DNA of 64,000 nt from the human T2T-CHM13v2.0 reference genome, Homo sapiens. The stretch is taken from the NCBI RefSeq assembly GCF_009914755.1, contig NC_060938.1; one strand, written 5' to 3'. The notes under the pieces are model-generated. The model saw nothing but the letters and a program-made list of their open reading frames with translations, did not search any database and had not been told where the DNA came from. The first letter of the stretch is position 1; the number at the start of each line of letters is the position of its first letter. Made by a program: the position numbers and the translations under genes. This document shows positions 15,053 through 31,265 of the stretch, piece after piece.

Positions 15053-17050
15053 GAGCATTAATGTTAACACTTTTAAATTAAGTATTCACTTACGAATTTT
15101 GTCACTGTCCTATCAACGGACATAATAGAAAATATTGCACAGAACTCAAACATGAAAATAATAAACAAAATAACTAAGCAACAAGTATATGCTTTACATT
15201 TTAAAAATTAATCCAAACAAAATAATTTGAAGCACTTCTCTGATTTGGAAGTCTTAAAATGTTATCTCATGTTTTATTTGAGATTTTTTTTCGTTTTTTC
15301 TTTTTTACAAATTGACACTGTACAAAGAGCTTAAATGGCCAGTAAAACTACTGCCTTAAAATTGTTGGCTTTAAGTAACAGAGGTAAAATTTGAATTCAC
15401 ATCAGAGCTTTCTAAACTGGCAATAGTACAAGCAAATGACTTTCTCTAGTATCCAAAACCTGCGCTGGCTCTCCCTTGGCTAGAAACAAGACAGCCTTCT
15501 AAAGCTGCCATAATGTCCTAAAATGCTCTGAAAGAAGTTGGTATACTTCATTCCCCAGCTTACCTTGGTAACACTGGACTAAACAGAAAATGAAGAAAAT
15601 TCAGTCAATAGTAACTTAAACAGTACTAAGTTAGCTCTGGACTTAGAAGGTTTGGTAAAGTTGATGACATTCAGAATAAGGTTCTCAGAAGAAAAGCAGT
15701 TTTCCAAAAATAGGCTAAAAAGCCTATATTAAAGAAAAAATGCCAAGAGTGAATTGAATACTTAAGTTTATCTGTTCCTAGAAGACTATGAACACCACAA
15801 TGGGAGCTGAAACACTATATATAATTTAGAATGCATTCTCCCAGAGCAAGTTTATAAGGTTTATAGAATAGTAATGGCCTTTCTAAATTTTCACTTGATA
15901 TTTAAAATTTTATAAGTGATTTATTATGTCATCAAATTAAGCCAATTCCATTAACTATATCCAAGTAGGAATAACTTCAGAAATGCTTTGAAAAAGGACA
16001 ATGACAGACCTATAGACATGAAAAGCAAACAGCCTTTGCAAAGCTCATCTCCAAATCTATCAATTCTCAATTCTTCTTAAAATAAAAGACTAACCACATG
16101 TTCAGCCATTCCATCTTATTCAAGTTTAGCATTACGACAGAAATCTCAAAGGGCTGCATGTTGCTAAACACTGTCAGTATTTCCTATATGCACCATTTAG
16201 ACTATACCTCACTTTTTTTTACTTCCCTTATAATATTAAAATAATGAATAAATATGGTCCTTTAGTTAAGGTCCTCCACCTTAAGTGAAATACAAAATAA
16301 GGTAGTTTTATTAATTTCTTACTAGAATTGGCTTAAAATCTATTTACCAAATAAGAAATAGTAAACTTTTAAGTTTTACCCAGAAAGCAGAAGTATTCCG
16401 ATCCACTCCTAATGTCTACATAAAATAGTTCATCATTTTAGTTCAGTTTATGACATTTTTTGGACTAGTATTAATGCTGTACCTCAGAAAAAAATCCAAT
16501 CAACCAACTGCAGAAAGTATGCTTAATTGTTAACCTTTTGAAAGAGGCAAAAAAATTATTTACGAAAACCTAAAATAATCTGATTAACAATTGATGCTGA
16601 AAAGGTCATTAAAAACTGAGGAATAACAAATGTAGTTTTCCTGTATTTCACCTATTATTAATGGAAAACAGAATGGCAAAATTTCTAAATGGAATATGTT
16701 AAAAGTACAAGAACCGAAAACACTGGTAACATTTCCTTTGCCTTCTGACAGCAACATTTTCTAGGATAAAAACAGTGACATGTAGTTTTAGAGAATCTGA
16801 AATTTCTACATTCAAGAATGGAATTAAAATTCAATGTGAGGGGAAAAAAGCAAAATATAGCTAGTGGTATCCAAACTTTAAATAAAACCTCAAAGGTAAG
16901 TATGGCTGCTGTTTTGTTCCAGTCATTGTTTCACAAAATGTTGGCTGTGTCATAAGGTATCTCCTGTGCTTTCTATCAACCGAGGGCTGCTGAAGTATAA
17001 GACATTCCTCTGTAAAGGAACTGACACTGAATTCCTTTGTAAATTCAATC

Positions 17051-17239
17051 TCAGCTGAAGTGTCGAGCAAGGCGGGCAGATCTATAATCAGCACGAAGTT
17101 GTACGAAGGAGTGAAGTATATTCTTGTCCAGATTAGCAAGTTGTTCTCCTGAGCAGACTTGCTTTAAATTATCTGGGGCAACTACCAGAAGATTGCAAAG
17201 AGCATGCAGAGTATCAAAAAGATGTAATACCATTGGAAT
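17051..17239 (-). CDS. EXOC5: EXOC5 last exon, coding part (IPMVLHLFDTLHALCNLL...RLARHFS*)
   Basis: Within ORF 17051..17281; TTCAG acceptor, TGA stop at 17053-17051. Confidence 0.97.
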   Translation of the reverse strand: MPMVLHLFDTLHALCNLLVVAPDNLKQVCSGEQLANLDKNILHSFVQLRADYRSARLARHFS

Positions 17240-17686
17240 CTGAATTGAGAGAAGAAAAAAAGTAACATTGAAACAAAACAATTTCCAGTTTTACAATTAG
17301 CTTGTAACTTTTTACATACTGTCAGGTGGGACTTACTAGTGTGGGTGAAGTTCAACATATTAGAATTTTTTAAAGATCACAATGCATTAAAACTTAAAGA
17401 TTTCAGTAGTTAAATAAACTTGCTATAATATTTCAAAAAGATTCATGTGTCAATTCTCTTCAATAGTAACAATCATATATACTTCAGAGGACTAAAACTA
17501 GTTATTAACATACAGCATTTTTCATAATTTAAATGTTACAGAAATATTCAGGGGGACATAAATGAAGACAACATTTTTTTCCTAATGTGTGACATATATA
17601 ACATTAGTCATGGATGTCAATAAGTCAAAGACTGTGGAACTGAAAATACACCATAAAGCAAAAATGGGTTTAATATTAAATATATG

Positions 17687-17815
17687 GGCCAGATGTGGTG
17701 GCTCATTCCTGTAAACCCAGCACTTTGGGAAGCTGAGGCAGCAGATCACTTGAGCCCAGGAGTAAGAGACCAGCCTGGGCAACATCATGAAACTCTTTGG
17801 AAAAAAAATAAATAA
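17687..17815 (+). mobile_element. FLAM/Alu left monomer
   Basis: ggccagatgtggtggctca...cagcctgggcaacat followed by an A tail. Confidence 0.9.
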
Positions 17816-18008
17816 AAATTTAAAATTTAAAATAAAAAAAAATAATAATTGGAACAACACTGTTTCAGGTAGAATGTGATAATCTATCTCATACAATATC
17901 AACAAAAGTTATAAACCTTTCACTAATTATAAGTAAATAGTGATTTTTAATAATCTGACTTATGCTCCTGGGCCTATTTGCAAGTTTGATGTTTTTGTGT
18001 ACACATAC

Positions 18009-18224
18009 CTTGAAGTCTTTGGCACACTTCCTATATTCGGCTACATCACAAATGGCCAACATGCCACCCATACAACTGTAGGAATATTGTTGAAGATGCT
18101 CATAGATAAGTCGATGAAAACGTACTCCAAGTTCCATCAAAACTGTATCCACATTCTTCCCATCCATGGAATTTTTAATCTTCTCCACTTGTTTTCTTAC
18201 GTAAGCACAGACTTTTACACAGGC
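18009..18224 (-). CDS. EXOC5: EXOC5 exon 17 (216 nt; ACVKVCAYVRKQVEK...KCAKDFK)
   Basis: Overlaps ORF 17889..18188; TATAG acceptor, AAG|GTATGT donor. Confidence 0.96.
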
Positions 18225-18394
18225 CTATAAAAGTTTTTCTACACTCATTACACAGGAATGTATACCAGCTTAGCTAAAGAGGAAATACAGTTTCTCATTA
18301 ATCTTTAAGTATAAAAGAAAAAAATCTAGGGCACAGTAGGATACACCAATGAAAATGTTAACAAAGTATTAACAAACTGAATGATTTTACTCAC

Positions 18395-18503
18395 ATTAGT
18401 ATATTGAATCAAAACATTGTTTTCATCTTCTGGCTTAAAATCTGTTTTCTTCTGTTCTGCAGCCAAAATATGCTTCATCTGTCCAATCATACAATTTAAT
18501 GTC
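18395..18503 (-). CDS. EXOC5: EXOC5 exon 16 (109 nt; TLNCMIGQMKHILAAEQKKTDFKPEDENNVLIQYTN)
   Basis: Within ORF 18326..18526; CTAG acceptor, AAT|GTGAGT donor. Confidence 0.96.
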
Positions 18504-20074
18504 CTAGAGAATTGAGAATACAACATTCTTTAACCCATCTAACTTACTCTATGTTTATGTTTAATTATATTATTTATGCTAAATTAAATCAGTTATTTAA
18601 TTTCCTATCACCATGAAACTCTTTTACTATTGGTAAACTTTAGATATTAGAAAAAGTCAGCTCTAGGTCTTAATATGAAAGAGCTCTTGGTTTTATTATC
18701 TGTCTGCTCAAAACAGAGGGCAAAAATTCTTTGTGCAATACTTCAAGATTCAAAGATCTCAGAAGTCTGTCATTAATTTAATTCCTTAACAACTAAGGAT
18801 TTTCAAAGGCAAAACCATATACAAGTTGAGTATCCCTTTCTCAAAATTCTTGGGACCAGAAGTGTTTTGGATTTTGAAATTTTTCAGATTTTGGAATATT
18901 TGTACATACATAATAAGATATCTTGGGGACGGGACCCATTCTAAACACAAAATTCATCTATGTTTCATATATATCTTATACATGTAGACTGACGGTAATT
19001 TTATAAAATATTTTAATAGTTTTGTACATGAAACGTTTATGTTCATTGAGCCATCAGAAAGCAAAGATGTCACTATCTCAGACACCCATGTGGACAATCC
19101 GTGGCTGTCTGGCATTACCATCACTCCTGACTCTGAATTTATATGCTACCAATAAGCAATCATTTTCTTATACTCACTCACACATAAGTACTTAACAGTA
19201 AAAAAGATGACATGTCATTCATACAGAGAAAAAATAAGATATTTAAGGTAACCAAACAGCACAGTAACATAACCACAATACCTGTTTGCCTGTTAAACAA
19301 CAACAATGTAGCAGGTTTTCAGTCTCCACCTACCATGCTGTGCTTTCATGAAAAGGTTACTCTATCCTATATTTTATTTTTTTAGGTGACAAGAAACAAC
19401 AGAAGCAATTGAGAGACCAGAAAGCAGGACCTCTTTGGATGAGGAGATATTCTGCTGGATGGCTTCTTAAAAGTTTCCTCTGGAATTATCTGCCTCATTA
19501 ATAATGGTTTTTGTCTTAGAAGTCTCTGTTTGATTTTGTAAACTGATATGACTTATTGTTCTGTTATGAATGTACACTGCTGTACCTTTAATAAGTCCAT
19601 TGCACATTTTCACCATGTAATCTATAGGCATTTTTTCTGCAGTGTTAGCAACGTCACCTTGTCACTATTATCACAATCACCTTGATTTGGAACCATTTTG
19701 GCTATTTCACTACCAGTCCATGAATGAGCAACTGGAGTCTCACTGATGTTAAAAAATTCTTTTGATATTCACTTCATCCAACTTACTGATGGACTCTAAA
19801 TGTATTATTTTTTGTATATGTAAGAAGTCAGACGTCACTTTTTTCTCACTTGAAATATGGAAATCTTCAAAGTCACCACCTTGTTCATCCTCTTCACTGA
19901 ACATAGTTGAAGGCCAGAGGTTGTGCCAGGCATGCATAACTGTCTTTAGTTACTGTGTTCCAAGCACTGGCAACAGCATATACAGCATCTTTCATGCTCA
20001 GCTCATTTTGAAAACCTTCCATACTCCTGCCTCTGTTCACCGTTGCTAGTATGCTGTTCAAGAAAGTGTTCTAA

Positions 20075-20316
20075 GAGGCCGAGGTGGGAGGATCACTTGA
20101 GGGCAGGAGTTCGAGACCAGACTGGCCAACATGGTGAAACCCCGTCTCTACTAAAAATACAAAAATTAGCCAGCCATGGTGGTGGGTGCCAGTAGTCCCA
20201 GCTACTCAGGAGGCTGAGGCAGAAGAATTGCTTGACCCGGGAAGATGAAGTTGCAGTGAGCTGAGATGGCATCACTGCACTCCAGCCTGGGGCAAGACTC
20301 TGTCTCCAAAAAAAAA
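20075..20316 (+). mobile_element. 5'-truncated Alu
   Basis: Alu consensus. Confidence 0.95.
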
Positions 20317-20322
20317 GTGTTC

Positions 20323-20606
20323 TGAGACAGGGTCTCACTCCATCACCAGGCTGGAATGCAGTGTGATGATTGCTCACTGCAGCCTGGACCTACCAGGCTC
20401 AAGTGATCCACCTACCTCAGCCTCCTGAGTAGCTGGGACTACAGGCACATGCCAGAACACCTGTCTAATTCTTAAATTTTTTGTGTGTAGAGACAGGGTC
20501 TCACTATGTTGCCTCAGGCTGGTCCCAAACTCCCGGGCTCAAGTGATCCTCCTGCCTCAGCCTCCCAAAGTGTTGGGATTATAGGCCTGAGCCACCATGC
20601 CCACCC
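20323..20606 (-). mobile_element. AluJ-like
   Basis: Antisense Alu consensus. Confidence 0.93.
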
Positions 20607-21544
20607 AAGAAAGTGTTTCTATATTTACTCTTCATTGATCTAAAGAAACCTTGGTCAGAAGACTGAATAAAGTCACATTGGGAAAGAGTATGACACGAAC
20701 AGTTGTCAAGGAATAACAAAATCTTGTAGTTGTTATCCAGTCCAGCTTCCCTGCAGTATGTGTAAGCCACTAGTACAAAATGTTTGTAAAACCAATCAGA
20801 AAAGACATCCCTGGTTATCCATGCCTTTTTGTTAGCATAACGGTGGACCCAACAAGAAATTCCCTCCTTTGAAACAATGAAGATGCAAGCTTTAGCCTAT
20901 TACAGCAAGCTTACACTTATACATGCCTGCTGCATTAGCACACTCTAGCACAGTTACTCTGTCCTTGGCATCCTCAATTTCTGTAGGAGCCATCTTATCA
21001 CCTGTATTGTCAGTGTCTTCTTGGGGCAGTAATGCCAACATAGTGGTGTTTCATCAACATTATAGACTTATTCTCACACCAGATTTTCATCAGCAACAAC
21101 CCTGGCAAACTCATTAAGGAATTTCTCTGCTGCTTCATGACCAGCAGATGCTTTATCACAACAAACCTTTAAAAACATAACGCTGTGTCTGTTCTTAACT
21201 TTTGGCAAACGGCCCATTGAACAGCCACGATTCCCTTCCATTTTCAATTCATCATGATAGATCTTTGCTTGTTTCATGATCACCATACCATTAAGTAGCA
21301 ATGTATTCATTGCAATGCTGATAGATCCACTCTTTCGATACATAATCAAGACCTTCACTTTTAACTTTATGCAGTGTTTTTATATTTTTCATTAACTTCT
21401 GTTCATCACTTTCAGCACAGAGTTTCTCCTTCTGTTTCTTCAGGTAATATATGGTGGTCATTCCAATACCATACTCTTCTGTAAGACATTTCACACTTAC
21501 ACCGCCATCCTGTTTGTCCAGCAGCTTTGATAAACGTAAGTGCT

Positions 21545-21831
21545 GCTAGGCATGGTGACTCACACCTGTAATCCCAGCACTTTGTGAGGCTGAAGTGGAG
21601 GATCACTTGAGCCCAGGAATTCAAGAACAGCCTGGGCAACATAATGAGACCCTATCTCTACATATAAAAAAAAAATGGCTGGGTATGGTGGTGTGCAGCT
21701 GTGGTCCTAGCTACTCAAGAAGCTGAGGTGGGAGGACTGTGTGAACCCAGGAGTTCAAAGTTGCAGTGAACTATGATTGCGCCACTGCACACCAGCCTGG
21801 GTGACAGAGCAAGATCATATCTCTAAACAAA
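21545..21831 (+). mobile_element. AluJ-like
   Basis: Alu consensus. Confidence 0.93.
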
Positions 21832-22098
21832 TTTTTTTTTATTTTTATATATTTATTTATTTTTTTGAGACACAGTTCTGCTCCTGTTACCCAGTCTGGA
21901 GTGCAGTGGCGTGATCTTGGCTCACTGCAACCTCTGACTGCCAGGTTCAAGCAACTCCCCTGCCTCAGCCTCCCGAGTAGCTGGGATTACAGGCTCCTGC
22001 CACCATGCCCGACCAATTTTTGTATTTTTAGTAGAGATGGGGTTTCACCATGTTGGCCAGGGTGGTCTCAGTTCGAGACTGAGCCACTGTGCCTGGCC
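21832..22098 (-). mobile_element. Alu with an internal left-arm deletion
   Basis: Antisense Alu lacking about 60 nt at 22070-22080. Confidence 0.93.
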
Positions 22099-22118
22099 AC
22101 AAAAAAAATTTTTTTTTA

Positions 22119-22430
<312 letters not shown>

Positions 22431-23319
22431 AGATAAACATAAAGTTTCCTCTTGTTCTTATCACTGTTAACCTCAGGGGTATCTGTAGGCCTTTTTGAGA
22501 TTCCACAACATCTTTATACCACAGAGCACAGAATAAGGAGAAAAAAAAGCACACACACAGGTCTTGGCTGCACGTGGGGCATTGTGAGCCACCTACCATT
22601 GGCATGTCCAGCCTACACACATGCCATTTTATTATTCTTTGTAGGCATGCTTGTTGTAGGGGGGGATTTGGACATGCACAGAAAATATTTATCACAGCTG
22701 AAGAGGGTTGGGTGGGTCTTTTTTCCCTTGTGGATACTCAAATAAACCGTGTGCTGTGCATCTGTATTTTGACTGTGCCCTGTCACATGAGGTCAGGTGT
22801 AAAATTTTCCACTTGTAGGGTAATGTCAGCACTCAAAAAATTTCAAGTTTCAAATTTTGAAGCATTTTTATTTCGGATTTTTGGATTGGGGTGCTGAATG
22901 TGTACAGAATGCTGCCGGTGGAGATAGGGAACTTATGAAGAATGGCCAAGGTTGGGAAAAACAGGTAGGAGCAACACTGAGTCTCACAGTACAAGGACAA
23001 TCAGAAGGATGGATAAGCGGTACTAAAGATCCAACTGAGAAATGAGAGCATAGATTTGCAGTGGTACCAATAACGTACATGTTATGTGATATTCTCCAAC
23101 AGTGAGGAGTCAACCAGTTATGGGAATAAAAGAGACTGCATCTATCAGAGGTTAGGGTCTGTAAGACAGTTGTGATTGAAGGAAATGTACTTTAGGGTAT
23201 TTCAAGAAAGTAATTCAAAAGATGGACCAAGTGATATAAGCACAATAACTAAAGAAATAAAGCTAGGAAAAGGATAATAGATTGGCATAAGATGAAGAGA
23301 TTAAGAGACAGAGGTCCTG

Positions 23320-25700
<2,381 letters not shown>

Positions 25701-25701
25701 C

Positions 25702-26230
25702 CAGGCATACCTTGTTTTATTCTGCTTTGTTTGACTGTGTTTCACAGATACTGTGGTTTGTTTTGTTTTTTTACAAGTTGCAGGCTTATGGCAACGCAAG
25801 TCTATCCGTGCCACTTTTCCAACAGCATGTGTTCACTTTGTGTTTCTGTGTCACATTTTGGTAATCCTTACAATATTTCAAACTTTTTCATTACTGCTAA
25901 ATCTGTTATGGTGATCTGTGATCAGTGATCTTTGATGTTACTATTTTAATTGTTTTGGGGTACCATACCCATATAAGACAGTGAACCTAATTGACAAATG
26001 TAGTGTGTGTTCTGACTACTCCAGATAATGGCTGTTTCCCTGTCTCTCTGCCTCTCCGTGGGCCTCCCTATTCCTTGAAACACAGTAACATTGCAATTAG
26101 GACAATCAATAATCCTACAATGGCCTCTAAGTGTTCAACTGAAAAACGTCACATATTTCTCACTTTAAATCAAAAGCTAGAAATGATTAAGCTTAGTGAG
26201 GAAGGCATGTTAAATGCCAAGATAGTCCAA
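25702..26230 (+). mobile_element. Tigger1 5' fragment
   Basis: CAGGCATACCT TIR start; MASKCSTEKR...LTLNQKLEMIKLSEEGM transposase N-terminus. Confidence 0.88.
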
Positions 26231-26423
26231 AGTAAAAAACTTCAGGATCCAATAAAAACAACACTCTAATAAGGATGAAGGCAATATGTAAAAATAAAAT
26301 CAAATGTAGCAATATGGTGGAATTAAGATAAATATTTTTCTTCTCTACAAAGTATTTTCATGCTGCTATAATATGGTGTTTTTATAATTTAAAAAAATGC
26401 AAGAGACAAAACCAACAACTTGC

Positions 26424-26510
26424 CTATCAATGCCAGTATCCAATTTCATCTCCATTTGTTCAATTATTTCTTTTTTCTTCTGAAGGCATTCAGATAACTT
26501 AGGAGAAGAG
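26424..26510 (-). CDS. EXOC5: EXOC5 exon 15 (87 nt; SSPKLSECLQKKKEIIEQMEMKLDTGID+R), GC donor
   Basis: CAATAG acceptor; donor TAG|GCAAGT keeps the frame with exon 16. Confidence 0.93.
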
Positions 26511-27763
26511 CTATTGTATATTTAAAATGGAAAAAGAATCATATTAATAGTCTAATATTTTCTAAAAGTTTTTCATACACCTATGTGTATTACATTATAT
26601 ACATTTATAAATATATCCATATATACACATTAATATTGTTAACAAATCCAAGAAGCATATAAGAAGCAAAGTAATTATTTAGCATTCACTATGCCCAATT
26701 CATTATAATAGACTAAAAACAACCGATTAAAAGGGAAGGAAGAGGACCACTTAAATTTGTTATTTTGATCTCTGAGGAGACATCTCTCAAGAATATAAAT
26801 GTGACTTTAAAATTTTGGAATTATTTGGTTTTCTTTATAAACAAATATCTAGTGTAATACCAAGAAAAGTTATAGACTATCATCACCAGAGTTTTAAGAA
26901 TACAGTAAATCATACTATAAAATTTGGAGGGTAACAGCCAATCCAGTTGTACTTTTAAAAACCAGACAACCATATTTGCCTTCTGAATGCTATCAGAATG
27001 TCAAAACATTCAAAATATTAAGAAATAGGCAACCCTAATAATTGTGTGAATTCTCTGCTTTGTGGCATAACAGCTCTTAAAAAGTAAATTTCCTTTCAAA
27101 GTATGATTCAGGGATTACAAGTGACTGTTATCTTTGAGACTGTTTCTGGACTAGTCTCGGCATATCAATGTTTACAACAAAATGTCAAAAAATTTTATAT
27201 GAGTATTTTTCCTCTTACATAATAGTGTTAAACAGATAATTCTGTAAAGCATGTTCACATATACACCATCTTATTTAATTCTCAAATGCTTTATAAGTTC
27301 ACATAAATTGATATGAAGATATAAACCAAACCTTACTCTAATGCCTCATTAAAATCTGTCCCATTAATCTCACAAAATTTTTTGTATGTATCTTTACATT
27401 ATAACAAGTGGGTACATGGACTTTGTCTATCGGATCTTTTAAAAGATGTCAAATTTGCTGAGTTTCACTAAGCTGGAGGTCCTCTTTCACATGAGATTTC
27501 AGTTTTAGGTTTGTGACAGATTAAATCTTTTGAAATACACCAAAATTAATAATATAGTGGAAAGAGAAAACAGAAATGCAAGAAGAAACAATATCTAATG
27601 TTTTATTTCCTAAGAACTTTTATATTTTTATTTCATTTCACTTGTCCAGTTTGACATTTTTTGTGAAAATGTACTTTTTAAATTTAATGAAAATATATAT
27701 AGATTATGTAGAATGCTATAATAGTCACTGAAATATCAATGAAAATCAGATAATTTGACTAAC

Positions 27764-27884
27764 CTTATTAGTGGCATAAGGTGATCATTAAACTGTTTGT
27801 CAAAAAGATGAAAAATAGTATTGGCCTGTTGCACAACGTCCAAAAAATAAAGATTTGCATTCCTAGAATCTGAAGAGGGAATTC
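27764..27884 (-). CDS. EXOC5: EXOC5 exon 14 (121 nt; IPSSDSRNANLYFLDVV...HLMPLI+S)
   Basis: Within ORF 27736..27918; TTTTAG acceptor, AAG|GTTAGT donor. Confidence 0.95.
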
Positions 27885-28999
27885 CTAAAACCAGAAAGCA
27901 TACATATGTTAGAATCATCCTTGAAGAAATTCATCTTGGCAACAGAAAAAAAGAATGTGGTTTTTTAATCTGTAACATAAAATAAATGACACCGCTATTT
28001 TAATACATCAATAATGACTTCTGTGGACAGAAGAGGAAAATCAAGCTTAAACTTATACTAGTAAAACTCATCCAAAGTTATTTTTATGCCCAATGTTCAC
28101 CATCTACTTAGCCTTCATGATTCACGTGAGCCATGAATACACCTCCACATATTTCTTATAACCAGGCCTCTTTATCTCTGATAACAGTTCGAATAATTTT
28201 CTCATTGGTCTTCCTCATTCAAGTCTCTTTACCTTTTATCCTAGATACTGCTGCCATAGTAATATCCCTAAACTGACACATTTCACTTACTGTGCTCTAC
28301 ACTATCTCCTCAAAAATACTCAAAATGTCCTATCTACAGATTACATTCCTGATTTTATTCTGGAATTTATTCAGAATAAAATAAAAAGGGAATCAAGCCA
28401 CTCCATATTCTGACCTCAAAATGTCAGCTGACCTCTCTGGATTTCCATTTCCTCCTTTTTGTAAAGAATAACAGATGAACTCTAAGGTCCTAGATGTTTA
28501 TGTTTCTAGCTAAAAGTAAAAGACTTAAGAGACTAAAGAAAATATGCATAGCTAATGAGAAAATACAGGCTTGACACATAGAGTTCTTTTTAGAACAATG
28601 ATTTTTTTTTTCTCTTAATAATGGAAAACAAAGGTGTTTCCCTCCGCCCCCCCTGCCCCCGCAAGTAAAAGACAAGATTACCAACTGGTAAGAAAATTGA
28701 AGGCTTGAATAACAAATGAACTTTACAAGAGAAAAAAACAAAATCAATACATATGTAGAAAATATGAATCATTGTTATTAATGAAAGACATAAAAATTAA
28801 GGCAATATTGATGTACTTTTTTTCTTTATAGGCATCAGAACTCAGCTACAGTGTAAGTTTTTAACCACGAAATTAAAATTTTTAAAGAATATTCAATAAT
28901 TACAGAAAAACTGGCACACACAAACAGTCCAGCAGCGGCATAAGTTACTGGGAAAAGAAACCTTTAGGAAAATAGCTTAAATCAAAACAAAAAATTCTT

Positions 29000-29260
29000 G
29001 GGAGGCTGAGGAGGGAGGATCGCTTGGAGCCAAGAGTTCAAAAACAGTCTAGGCAACAAAGTAAGACCCCAACTCTACAAAAAAAGAAAAAATTAGCTAG
29101 GTGCAGTGGCATGCACCTGTAGTTATAGCTACTCAGGAGGCTGAGGTAGGAGTATTGCTTGAGCCCAGGAGTTCAAAGTTGCCATGAGCCATGACTATGC
29201 CACTGCACTCTGGCCTGGGTGACAGAGCGAGATTCTGTCTCAAAAATAAAAATAAAAATA
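29000..29260 (+). mobile_element. AluJ-like, 5'-truncated
   Basis: Alu consensus. Confidence 0.92.
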
Positions 29261-29299
29261 AGGGCATATCAAAATTATTATATATACACACTTTTTTTA

Positions 29300-30300
29300 A
29301 TTTTTTAGTCCCTTACTCAGTTTTACTTTTCTTCATTGCACTTTCTAATCATTTGTCTATCTTCTCCATAAGAATATAAACTCCACAAGTACAGGAGTAG
29401 GCATTTAATAAGCATGTGTTAAATGAATGAATTCTGATGAGTGGTGGCAGACATTAACAGATAAAAATTTCATTGTGATAAGTGCTATAAAAAATTTAAT
29501 GCAATGAGAAGATAATAAGGATAACTGGGCTGGGAGAAGAGGGCTACTTTAGCTAGGGTGATGATCAGCAATGCCTCTCTGAGAAGATAACATCTTAGTT
29601 GAGATCAGATGATTGAAAAGCCAGCCATGAGAAAAGCTGAGGCAAAAGGATTTTGGGGATAGGGAAACACCAAGTGCAAAGAGACTAAGCAAGGAAAAAC
29701 AATAAGGGTCAGAGTGACTGAGCAGTGAGAAGAAATGCAATGAGAGATGATCAATACATACCAGGCCAGATAAAAAGTCATGCTTCTCTACAGTTTGCTG
29801 TTGTTTTCCCCTTAAGAGTAATAGGAAACCACCACAGAGTTTTAAATAAGGAAATAATTAAACTGGCTGTTAAATGAAGTCAGTAATGTGGAGAGGCAAG
29901 AATGTACACAGGGAGACCAGTTACAAGTAGACAGAGATAATGGTGTTTAAATTAGGGTGGCATCAGTGAAGATGGAGAAGAGTACATGAATTTGACTTAT
30001 GCCTGGAAGTATACTGACAGGATTTGCTGATGGATTGGCTATCAGGATTGATTTCTGAAAAGGAGGAATTGAGGAACTCCTGGGTTTTGTTGGGGATTGA
30101 GCAAGTGGGAAATGGTAATGCCTTTTAAAAAACTGACATACAATAATCACGCATATTGGTAACGCCTTTTAATGACAAGGGAAGAATGGGAAAGGAACAG
30201 GTTTAGAGGGAAGATAAAGAGTTTCATTTTGGATATGTTAAGTTTGAGATGACCATTGAACAGGTGAAGTAGACAACTGAATTAATGAGACGGGACTCAG
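29300..30300. mobile_element. L2 fragments
   Basis: gagtttcattttggatatgttaagtttgagatg and aatgaatgaa motifs. Confidence 0.7.
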
Positions 30301-30749
30301 GTCATTATTATGCTACCAATACTAACTACTAAGACCAAAAGACCAAAAGCAAAATAAGAATTTTAATTTGAATCTATTTTTTTCCAGACTTAGTTTTTAA
30401 TACTTCTCTTTCTAAATTTTACATTACTCAATTCCCCAATCAGAATTGTTTTCGCCTTCATTTTGCTCCTCGACATTTTCTAACTTACAGCATTGTAAGA
30501 CATTGTGTCATACATTGTAGTGACTTAAGTAGCTTATTATTCTATTATGCCATATGTAAACAATATGAGAGAACCATTCAGTATAGCTTTCAGCACCTGG
30601 CAAATCCTTGCATTATAAAAGCTCAAACTTCATTGCACCGAACTGAATTTGAGACACAGAGATGATTATAAGCAAAACAACATTATGCATATAGTTTAAC
30701 CAAGCAGAATCAAAAGAATTTAACACAAGTGTAACACAAATATACTTAC

Positions 30750-30858
30750 CAGCAAGTCCTGTTTCCAAAGCATAATCAATATGCTCAATACATAAAAATT
30801 CCACAAGAATGGTAAAAATTCTGAAGGCATTCCTTGGTAAGTCAGAAGGATCAGAGAG
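30750..30858 (-). CDS. EXOC5: EXOC5 exon 13 (109 nt; LSDPSDLPRNAFRIF...ETGLA+G)
   Basis: Within ORF 30613..30876; TTTTAAG acceptor, CTG|GTAAGT donor. Confidence 0.95.
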
Positions 30859-31139
30859 CTTAAAAACAAAAATCAAACAATATCACTCCTCAAGTCTACC
30901 TTTTGAAAATGCCAATTTTTTTTAAGCAATCAATTTTTTATAGGATGTAGTCAGTGTTTCAGGTATGAAAATAACTCACAGCTCCCCCCATACTGCGTGT
31001 GCATGCACAAATACACACACACACAATTACAATGCTCCATATTTATCTACAACTCTCCTGACTTAGAGTAATGTTTTTCAAACTTGGATTGCAATCCATT
31101 AGTGAAATCCAAGTATACTTTCATAAAATGTATACCCCC

Positions 31140-31190
31140 ATATATATATATATATACCCCCATATATTATATACACACACATATATATAT

Positions 31191-31222
<32 letters not shown>

Positions 31223-31265
31223 GTATACACACACACACATACACACACACATACATACATACACA
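31140..31265. repeat. (TA)/(CA) microsatellite
   Basis: Direct reading. Confidence 0.95.

Noticed and set aside
16861-17139. 92-aa alternative-frame ORF crossing the EXOC5 stop; possible readthrough
   Set aside because: No independent support; the stop context is TGA GAT TGA, so readthrough would end almost immediately
20579-21494. Domesticated TIGD/JRK-like gene
   Set aside because: Frameshifts, stops and Alu interruptions, with transposon ends present
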